This document shows positions 46,730 through 58,700 of a stretch of 64,000 nt of DNA, piece after piece. Within the stretch, counting starts at the first letter, position 1, and the number at the start of each line of letters is the position of its first letter. The position numbers were made by a program, and so were the translations under genes. Under the pieces are notes generated by a model, which searched no databases, was not told the origin of the DNA, and saw only the letters and a list, made by a program, of their open reading frames with translations. Source of the DNA: a virus; IMG/VR virus record IMGVR_UViG_3300030390_001024, positions 1-64,000 of that record. One strand, written 5' to 3'.

Positions 46730-49700
46730 CTATAAATTACATTTTTTAATTTGATCAATTAAATCTTGAGGACTACTCCACATAGAATTAGGGTTGGTAT
46801 CATACAAATCTAATAAATCTTCTAAACTATTAATATTATTTTCTCTTTTAAAGTTCTTAACTTCTGTTTTAAATGAACCATCTTCTATATTGTTATCCCA
46901 AAACTCTGTTATTTCAGGATGGCTAATAGAAGGATCAAACATATCTAATTGACCTATTAACTCTTGTCTTTGCTCACTAATGTTAAACTCTTCTGTTTCT
47001 AATATACCTAATTCTTCAGAAGTAATATTTTCTGTTGCCTCTGCAATTGATGCTTGAGCAGCATCTAATTCTTTAGTGTCTTTTATATTTATACTGTTAA
47101 AAGATATCTCTTCATTTGTTATATCCATATTAACAGATTGATTACGGAATATTTCTGGTACCTTAGTAGTTTGTTCTATTGGTTTATCACTTTCAACAAC
47201 CTCTGAATTTTTTTCAGACACTTCAGGCTTAGCTAACATTTGATTAAAAGTAGGTCTGTTTCCAAACATAAATCCTGCACCAAACTGCAGAGGAGAACCC
47301 TTCAACTCAGCTGGTGTCTTTTCTGCATCATTTCTTTCAAACACTGTTGTTATCCTGCCTGTCTGTTCATCAGTAATATCTATCCTTCTTATTGCTATCT
47401 CTTTATCAGATGCTTCTGAAAACTTTGCTGGCAGCAACTTAGCATTAGATGCAGATAGTAAATAATTTTGTACAAAACCTCTATTAGCTCCTGAATCTAT
47501 ATATGCTTGAGATGCCAAATATTTTTCTGTAGAATTAATTGCTGATAAATAATCTCCTAAAACATAAGGACTCATTGATTCTAATAAACTTCCTGTTGCT
47601 AACTGTAAACCATCTTTAACCATTATATAATCTATAATAGTTTTTGCATATCCTCTTGTATCAGGATCGTTATATAATTTATTAAATGAAGTTTGTAAAT
47701 CATATTTTTGTAATCTATTTAATCTTCTCCATGTATTTGCTAGAGCTAAATATAAACCTGATGCATTACCTTTATCATTTGGTTTATATGTTGTAACAAA
47801 ATTAAACAAAAAGAAATTACCAGGATCACTTATTCTAAGCTGTTGCACTGCATTCCATACACTGCCTTGTTCATTGTCCTGTCCAGGATATAATACACCA
47901 TTGCTTAATGGATTATTTTCATCTATATTTTGATATGCACCAAAGGTTATAAAAGCCAAAATATCTTTTTTAACTTTTGATCTAGCATACTCACTATTCT
48001 TATATGTTTCTGGGTCTAAATTTCTAACTAAAGCTGTTGTAATTAACTTTACTCTTGGTGTCTGTGATAAAAACATTTTTGGTAATATGTTTTTATTTAG
48101 GTCTTCTAGTTGCTCACCTAAACCAGATACATAAGAATTACTTAACATATTTCTAACCTTTATATAATAAGGGTTGTTTACAAATTCATCCATGGTTTCT
48201 ACTCTCAAAGATATAGAATCAATGTTTTTTCCTAACCCATTATTAAGACTCACCCAACTATTTAACTTAACAGTAAAGTCAGATATATTCATTATAGTAC
48301 TAAAAGTTTGTACAACCCCCTGTAACTCAGCTCCTTCTAAGTTTACACCTACTCCTCTTTTTAAAATTTCATAATTAGGAACTTGACCTTTTACTATTTT
48401 CCCTTTATCATCTCTTTCTATAAGGTTGTTTATAGATTTTTTGATACCTTGAATAGATTGGCTATCATCATTTTCAATTTTTGTATATATATCTTGTATA
48501 ACTTTTTGATTTAAAAGTAATATAGAAGTCTCTAATGGTACACCAATCTGAATCATGTTTGACAACATACGTGTAGCATGAGCATTTAAACCTAACTTGC
48601 TTACCAAAAACTCTTTAGCATTGTCTGTCATAGCAACTATTAAAGAAGACATTAAATCTTGTTTTCTTTTTCCTTCTTTATTTAAAGTCCCACCAAAAGT
48701 AGTATAACTTTCATTATCAAGTTCAAACTTTAAAGTACCTAAGCTTATTTTATATTCTTTAAATAAAGATAAATATAAATTTGGTGAAACTACTGAACCA
48801 ATTGAAGCACCTTTGTTGTTTGTAAAAGCAATAGTTTGTCCTGTAAGTGTATCTATATCTTTTCCTAGTTGATTAATTCTTTCTGAAAAACCAGCAAAAC
48901 CTTGTACACTAGCCCAAACATCATTTAATAAATCTAAGTTAGATGGTCTATAAGCTATAGGCTCTGTACCTGATGTTAAATAATCATTACTTACTAAATA
49001 ACGTTTTTGATCTACTAATTCATTGCTTACAGGAGCTTCATAAGGAGCTTGTTTATTCTTTTTTATATACTTATTAAAATCATTTTGAGTAATAGGCATT
49101 CCTAATACTTTTAAAGCACCAATAGCATTCTTACTAAAACCTGCATTTTCAGCAGGTGTTTGATCTATATCAACCAATGAATCAGATATAATTACTCCTT
49201 GTAATTTATATAACTTTATAGCCTCAGAATATTGATTTCCTGTTTCATTAACTTTTTTATTTACATAATTAATATAGCTAGAATAATTTTTTTCATATGC
49301 TTTAAACTCACCGTTTTCTACATAAAACTCTTTCATGTGAATGTATGCTTGATCTATATCAAAATCTGCACCGGATACTTCTATTAGTTCATTAGAAAAC
49401 ATTGCTGATCCACCCATAAAGTTTGGTAAAAAATCAACAACCTTTACATTAAAAGCAGAATGATAGTCCTCACTAGGTATACGTACAGCATACATCTCAC
49501 TAACTACATCAGGTATATTATTTTTATATCTTCTAGATTTACTCTTATAAGCTAATAAGTCATTTACTTCTTTTGATTGAGGAGGCATAATTGCTTCAGA
49601 ATATCTTTGACCTTGATATTTACCATCTTTATATTCTTTTAGATTATATCTTAAACGGTCTAATATAATAACTCCTCCTGCCGGTAAAGGATCACCAGTA

Positions 49701-52700
49701 TTTAAATCATCCAAGTTTCTATTATCTAATACAAAGTTCCCATTAAGAAATTCATTTTCTCTTATTACTTCTTGTCTATCAGGAGTAACCTTACCATTAA
49801 CTTCTTCTATACTAAATACTCTTCTATATATATTCTTTCCTAAAGATGAAACTAATGCAACACTAGTTCCGTTTACTTTTTCTTGAAATACCCCTTGACT
49901 AAAATATGTTAAGAATAACTGTTCATACTTAACTATTGTATATGGGTTGTCTAAGTTATATTTAAGTTGGTTGTTTTCATCAGAACTAAAAAATTCAATT
50001 AAATTGCTGTTTGATTGACTAGCCTGTAAAGAATTAACTGCATACTTAGAAAACAACGCTAAATTAGGACTTACTATATTATTTAATTTTGATGCATCTA
50101 TTTCTGATTTTATATCTTCTACATTAAATGTTAATCTAACCTTAGCATTGTATTTTAATCTTGATCTATGTTTTAGATTCTTGTTATAACTTGTAATTAT
50201 TTTTTGACTAACAGGATTATTAGGATCTTGTTCAGATGTATTTATAGTTTTCATCTGACTTTGTAACGTAATTTGCTTTTTGTTTGATGGGTTAATTTGT
50301 TGTAACCCAAAGTACTTAGCATAGATAGTTGTAGCATCCTGTGTAAAGCCATCTGGTTGACCATTTAAATCACTAATAGGATTTAAGTTCTTTCTCATCA
50401 TTTTCAATGCTGACTCAGGTGCTGCTATACTTATACTTTCATTTTCTTTGTCTAATGCTTCTAGATTAACTCTTAAATTGTGTAATTTTTCTTGACCTGT
50501 TTTAGCAACCCACATTCCATCAGAGTCCTGCATTGATGTTAACTCTTTGGTCAAAGTTGTATAAGACATTTTTATATATGTTTCACCATCAAAGTAAGCA
50601 TACTTTTTAGAGTTTAACATATTGCCTTGAGATACAAGCCCGTCAATTTCATCCCACTGTAAAACTTCACCTGCTTCAATCTTGTTTAATGCAGAAGCTA
50701 ATGCTGGTGTCATATTACCAATACCAAATTCAATGTGTCTTGTTGTTTTTACTGTACCATATGCTTGTGCATCTGCAATCTTAATATTTTTAGGACTCAA
50801 CGCAGACTCTAGTGTTGGTTCATAAAAAGATACTAGATTTATTTTGTTTGTCTCATGCATTACACCAGAAGAAGGATCAGTTAAATATGTTTCAGCAGGT
50901 AAAAAAGAGTTGTTGTTACCTTTTGCTCTCTTGCTTTTATTAGTAAAGCCTTCTAAAACCTTAGCCTGATCACTTAAATAAAGTTCATTCAATGATTTAA
51001 CATTTAAATAATTGCTTAAGAATACTTGTTTAAGATTATAAAGAGAATCTGAACTAATTAAATTATACATAGCTGCAGTTGACTCAGCAGTTTCTTTAAC
51101 AGCTCCAACGGCACCTGCAGTTAATCCACGTATAATTTTTTTATTTATTCTATTTCTGATATTTAGTTTATCAATTAAACTATTAAAATCCTTAAACTTT
51201 GCATCTAAATTAATTTCAAGTGACCTCTTAAATGACTTTTTATTTAGCTTAGCTGCTCTCAAAGCTTGTTCAAATGCAGCTGGTTCTTCTGAAAGTGCCT
51301 CTTGTATTAGTGCACTTCTAATATCTATCCTTAAAAGAGTTTCATTATTAGCAAATGTTTTTGCTCTATACTCTCCAGTATTATATCCTTCTATTACATC
51401 AGTAGTTCTATCTGGACCATTCTCTCTTACTATTCTATTGTACTCATTCTCAACAAAATTATAAAAGGCCTCTAATACTTCATCAGTAATAACGTCTCTT
51501 CCTTGTACTTTTTCCACTGCTTTTATAATAGGTAGTGTTGTTTGATCACCAGTATTTGAAGACTCCATAACTCTAATTAAATTTGCAGATATAACAACTT
51601 CATTATCTACACCACTTACAGGATCCTTAACTACTATAGATTTTAAAGGTTTTCTGTTAAGAGTATTATAATAACCCAAGTAGTTATTAATATTATGAAG
51701 TAAAAACTCAGCAGGAGTATATTTCCCATAGTCTGTACTCTTTAATGTTAAACTAGATTTTACATCTAAGTCAGCAGATAAACTTCTTAAAACTTTTGTT
51801 CCAGATATTCTAGATGTCTTTACTTGATTATTATTTGCTAAAACATTAAATGCAGGTGAGTTCAATAAAAAGTTATTAGTTAAATAATCATCCTGTAATA
51901 ATCTTGCTCTCTCACTTGTAGAGTTTAATGCTCTTGTCTTTCTTAGATTAAATGTTGGTTGTTGATGTGAATTAACTAAATCATTATTTGAATTCTTAAA
52001 TACTGTAGCCCCAATTGTTTCATCAAATGATGCATTAGCTAAAGCTAATTTTTTTAATTTGCTTTCTGTACCTTGAGGTGAAAATATATCTACTTCCTTA
52101 TCAACTAATTCATAAAATACATTTATATCATTGACCGTCATTGGTTGTACATCAGGATAAAAAGATAGATATTGTCTTTGTGCTTTACTAATATTTGTTC
52201 TAGCCATAAGTCTACTAAAAGATATATAACCTGGACTAATAGAAATACCTAAATTGTCAAATAAAAGTTTAGATAGTTCACCAGAACGTTCACTTAATAC
52301 ATCAGCTTCTATTAATGTATCTTTAGGTGTTAAGTCTGCTTTTATTGTAACAAGTGCATTTAATGCATTCTTTCTTATATTTGAATCATCTTGCCATAAC
52401 TGTAGCTTAGATGAATATCCTTCTGACCATGAATTTAATTGATTGTTAGAATCATCTCTTTGAGATGCTGAATGAATAATTGTATTACCCATCATATCTC
52501 TTTGAGTAAAAAACCACTCTACTCTAAAGTTTGTAAATGAATTAAGTATCTTAATTAAAAAATTTGGATTAGTAATACCTAGAGGAAACTGCTCAAAAGT
52601 AAAGTCTTCTACATAACTCTCTGGCATATTGATCCCTGAGTTTTCAAATATTTGATTTACAACAGCCTCAGTCTGTGGATTAGTTTGGGAAAAAGCATAC

Positions 52701-55700
52701 ATAGCTTGTAACATTTCTACAGGGTCTTCTAAACCTTCCACTGATTTAAGAATTCCGTTGTATACTGTATTAGCATTAACTGGTACTGTAATAGGTGTAC
52801 CATTAACTAAAGTAGTATTACCAAAATAATCTTTTTCAATATATGTTATAGTTCCTATATACTTTCTTACTGCAGCAGGTAAATTATCTAAACCACCACT
52901 AAGATATGTTTCTTTACCATACTGCTGTACAGTTCTTAATCCTTCATTATTTATAAAGTCATCATTTCTTTCAACCTGTTGTGCTGATTGTAAATCTATT
53001 ATATCTAAAATATCTGTAACAGATTCTTTTATTTGTGGAACAAAATCTTCAAACGCTCTTGTAAGTAATGTAAGCATATCATGCTCTTTACTTCCTGCTA
53101 TAAATTGTGAGTTAGCATCACTGTATACATCATATGTCTCAGCAAACTCATCTACTATAATATCTAATTCTTCATCTTGATCAAACTTTAACTTTTCTTC
53201 TGTAGGTATAAAATCAAATTTTCTATCTATTAATACACCAGCCATAGAAGATACTATACCATTTGCTACAAAACTTGGTACATATAACTCACCTATACCA
53301 GCATCTCTATCTACAGTTTGATATGGAATAAGCTTGTTAGCTTCAACAGATGACCCTAAAGTTGTAAATTCGTTTGTTGCTATAGGAGCAGATTGAAATT
53401 TACCTGCATCTATATTTTTGAATAATGAAGTTAGCTCATTCTTATGGAATTGATTTAATATACTCTTAATCCAATCTAATATTCTTGTAAACAAAGATTT
53501 TACTTCTGAAGAAGTCTTAGTATTTTTTGGTCCAGTTTTAAACAACTCAAACTGATCTGCCATATATTCTTCAAAGTATTCTCTTTCTAATCTCTCTTGA
53601 CTCATATTAGTATATGTATCAGCAGAGTTTCTAAATTTTTGTAATTCAGATGCTAGACTTTTACCTTCCTTTCTTAGGTTAGCTTTTTGTTCTTTTCTAG
53701 CTATTCTTAAATACTTAGCTTGTTCTTGTGGTGTAAGTATCATTCTGTATACACCGTGAAAAGCTTCATGATATCTAAATGGGCTATTTGCTCCTGTGTA
53801 TATAGTTCCTGAAACATCAAGTCCGCCAGCTATATCATTTATGTTTAAAACAAATGATCCTACACGTGTACCTGTAGTTATTAAGTTACTTCTTAGGGTA
53901 GTAATATCAGCTATACCTATATAATCAGGTAATGTTTGTGAAGCCCATACAGAAAAAGAATCAATAGTTTCTATATTAGTAGAGTTAAAAGATCCTTCAA
54001 CAATCTTATTAGCACCTCTTAATTCATCTCTTTCCTTTAATAGGTCTTGATATTCTTTACTATCTTTAAGTGCTTTTCTTCTATTTTTATTGCCAACCCT
54101 CTGAGCTATTTCTTCTCTTAATGCTTCTATCTTATTTAAAACAAACTTTAAACTTCTTACTTCTTCTAAAACTTCTACCTCTTCTGCTATATCTGGTAAT
54201 ACTTCTATATTCTCTGGTGCACTTTCTTCTATTAAAGGTGTGACAGATATGTTACCTTTAGACAATTCTCTTTGAATTGCTTTAGGACTAGCTGTTGTTA
54301 AAAGTCTATATCCTTTTCTTAATTGATTAGGATCTATAGCTGTTTCTAAGTCTGTTAGAAAATCATCTATATTAGCACCTTCATCTATAGATGTTGTAAA
54401 ATTTTTGAAAGAAATTATTCCGTCTCCTGTTTCTTTATCTTCATTAATTTTATTTAGTAAAGGTTGTATTAAATCTCTTGCTGATGATCTATTTTTTTCT
54501 GCAACACCTAACTCAAGATCTGCTGGAAACAAAAATTGTTCATCTCCTACATTCTTATATAATGTACCAGTTGACGTTCTATTTTCATTAGATATTTCAT
54601 CTTTAACTCTCATCCTAATCCTACCATTCTTATCTACATCTAAGAATACTTTTCTTCCAGTTCCAGGCTTAGCTGTTATAAATATTTTACTTTGAGTTTC
54701 TTTATTAAATATTTCATTAAAGTTTATATCCTTTACTTTATTATTTTTATCAAGATTTTCATTTACAGTTTTCTGAGCTCTATTAATAAGTCTTAAAAGC
54801 TCTATATCTAAATCTACCTTTTGTTGTACTTTTGTTTTTGAAGTAACAACTGAATAAACCCCATTAGGCTGCTTAAGAACAACCATGTATCTATTAGTTC
54901 CTCCTTCTACTTTTTCTTTCCATAGACCTTTTTTTAATGCGGCTTTAGTCTCATCTCTTAATATATCTAATGCTTTACCATCTAGATTACTAATGACTCC
55001 TGGTGCTGCATTATTTCCTCCTACACTAATATCATAAATTATATAGTTTCCTAAATTATCAGAGCTAAATTTTAAATCTTTTAATTGAGTAAAAGTATTT
55101 GGTTTTGTATAGTTATCATAACCCTCAAAGAAATTTATTCTTATACTATCTGGTAATTGACCAAACAACACCTGACCTCTACCGTCTTCATTAACTACTT
55201 TTTGTATTGCTTGATTTAAAATTGCAGCCTTTGCAAAATTTTCTCGTATATATTGTAGAGTCTGTACACCAGATGATAAATTAGATTGAGAATCTATATC
55301 TATTCCGGTTAAGTCTTTATCAAATTTAATTACACTCTTCATATACTCTACATCAAAGTCTTGTGACATAACTGCTTTGCCATCTTTATCTTTAAAATTA
55401 AACCTTTGACTTGGTAAATATGCAAATACATTATTAGCCTCTTCTTCAAGTGGAGTTATATCCTTGTTTGCCTCATATAAGTCATTGATCTTTGTTATAA
55501 CATCAGGATCAATAATTTGTATACCTATATTATAAGTGTTGCTGTTCTCTTGTATATATGGGTTTGGTTTTAATCCATTAGCAGGTACAACATAATTTTT
55601 TGATGGTAATTGTTCTACTGGTTTTATAAATAAATTTAATCCCTTTAATTCTTCTGTAGATAGGTTGTTAATAATTAAATCTGTTCTAGCATTAGCACTT

Positions 55701-58700
55701 TCTTTAGGCTCAGTATAAGCATTTTTATGTGACCAAGCTTCTATCATTTCATTAGGACGCATTTTAGAATACGTATTACCTAAGACATTAAAATTAATTG
55801 GTGCTGCTAAAACAAAATTATTTATAAAGTCTTGTTCTGAAATAGATATTGAGTTCTCTAGGTTAGTATAAAAGTCATCACTAAACTTTTTCATAGGAAT
55901 AATAAATATACTTTGTTGAGCACCTTTATCAAATGATGTTTTGCCTGTATTAACTACAAATACTTCTCCTTGTTTATTAATTATTCTTTCATTCTTACTT
56001 ATAGATAGACCATTTACTCCACCAAATCTATATACCCCTCCTGTATCAACCTCTTTTTCTAATGTTTCAGCAGCTTGAAGTGCATCAGCCTTTTGGCTGT
56101 ATACGCCCAAACTATTAGCACCAATAATTTGTCTATACTCTGCAGATATCTTATTGCCTTTCTTATCTAATATTGTATAAGTAGATGTATTTTCTCTATC
56201 TCTTTTATTTATAACCTTTTCTTCTACATCAACCACTGCACCCTCAAAAATAACATTTGAAGGTTTTTGTCTTACTGTTTTAAAAATAGAAAGATTTAAA
56301 TTTAATTGATCAAGCACGTCTAATATAGCAGGGTTCTCTTGTGCGGGTCCGTTTATAAAATTTTGAAAGCCTGTCTCATTTTTTACTTCACTTTCTGTTG
56401 GAACATTTTGTACTATGTCACCACTTGGCAACGCTACTGGATAACCACCTGACCATATTTTTTTGATAGCATCATAAGCTGTTTCTATGTTAATTCCAGC
56501 AGAACTCTCCTTCCATTCTTCTATACCTAAAGAATCTCTATTAGGTATAGCTTGATATTGTCTAAACTGTTCTTCTAATGTTCTATTTAATATAACAGAA
56601 TTAATTGTTGGTGTTACTTCTGTATTTTTTATACCAGCATTATCTAAAATTTGTTCTACATCTTTTGCACCCTCTTTTGCAACTTCTTCTTGTGACTTGT
56701 CTGCTTCTTCAGTTATTTCTATAAGTTTATTATATCTATTTAATACTGGATTAATTAAATTATCAATAATTATATTATCTTCTAATACGTCTGGGTCTAA
56801 TAATCTACCTGCATATAGATATGAATTTGATTGATCTATTGAAGCTGTATCTCCTGTTTCTAAAAATACTTCTGTTGCTTCTGGTGTTAAGTAAACATCT
56901 CTTGAACCTAAGGCATTTAGCATTTGGTTTTGTTTACTTAATTTTAATTGTGATTTAATTTGTGCTGTTATTATCTGTCTTTGATTAGCCTCTAACATTT
57001 TAAAATACTCTGCAGATCTATTTATTAAGTCTTCCATTTTATTAGGATCCAATAAATAATCTATAGTATTGTTAAACAAAAATGCATCTTGAGATAAAGC
57101 TGCATAGTCTACTATTTCATTAATGGCTTTGTCTACTGCGTCAGCATCAACAAATGTTCCTTTATCAACTGCTAATGACTTTAAATAATTATCTATTGGG
57201 CCCTTTAACTTAGTCTTTTTACGCTGATCAAAAAATCCTTTTTCTGTTAGATTATCATTATATACTTTATTAATTCTATCTAGATTCTTTTTTTTCCTTT
57301 TCTTTTCCTGGAGAGATTTTTTATTTCTTTTGATTGCAACCTTATCTAACCCAGATTGATTATTAGTGTTTTGTTCTAGTAGTGCTATCTCTTCTTGTAA
57401 TCTATCTATTTCAATTTGTAAAGATTCTTTATCTAATAAAGGTGTAACATCACTAGCAGCCATATTACCATACAATGGAGTTGACTCTAATGATTGAGCA
57501 ATTTTTATTTTTCTATTTAGTGCATCTTTAAATGCACTCTGAGTAAACATATAAAACATCTCTTGATGTTCATGTGCTCTTTTTAATCTCTGTTCATCTC
57601 TATATTTTCTTGTTCCAGGTGTAAACATTTCTGGCTTGTATCTAGGTTTAAATATGGTTTGCTTGTTGTTAAACATATCACCATACTCAGAAATAAGATC
57701 TAATTGTTTCTGTATTTTAGATCTTACTTTTTGTATACTGCCAAATTCATTAGCTGGAAAAGCTTGACCTAATGTTTTATCATCTAGTTGAGAATACCCT
57801 TCCATATCTTGCTTATAAAAACCTATTGAACCCTGTTTATATAACTCATGTATATTTTTAAATTCTAAAAAAAGATTTTCATTAAAATAATCATACTTAT
57901 CATTTCTTGAAATAGCATCATCCATAGCATTGGATGCTTGTTTCATAGCAGACATTTGTAATTGTTTCTTGTTTAATAGACCATCTATACCAGTTCTACC
58001 TTTTTCAGATAAATCTTCTGTATTACGTATAATATCTGATATTACTTTTTCTTCTGCTTGTTTTGCCTGTACATAATCAGCTCTAGAAACTTTACCTCTC
58101 ATTGCAAATATTTTAGGAACCTGTTGAAATAAAACATTTTGATAAGGTCCAGCTAAACCACCCATCAAAAATCCTGATAAAAATGTATTTAACCCTTGTG
58201 CTGTAAACTGATCCTTTACACCATCCATTGCAAATGAACCATATAAATTTTTAGTAGCTGAACCGGGCTCTCTAAGCAAGGCACCATAGTAACCTTCATT
58301 AGTTGCAGCAATTGCTTCTTGTGAAACTTCTTGTAATCCCTCTGCTATTCCTGATGCTCCATATCTTAACATCACACTTCCTAAAGCCCTTGGAGCACTT
58401 TTCCACCCAGCAGCTGCAAATGCTCCACCAATAGCTTGATAAGGTACACCTAAAGCTGTTTTACCCTTTTTATAAATTCCTTTTAAAGCTCTACCTGAAA
58501 CAGCATCTACTAGTGGATTTGTTCTAAATACTTTATCAGCTAAATTTTTATATCCTCTTCTCCAACTTCCAAAAGCTCCTTTTAAAACAAACTTGTTTGA
58601 TAAATATATTATACCAAAGTTTTGCATTTGTGTTCTAAATGCAGCTTGAGCAGCTTTTACTTTTGTATCAGATAGTTGGACTGCTGTAAGATCCTTACCA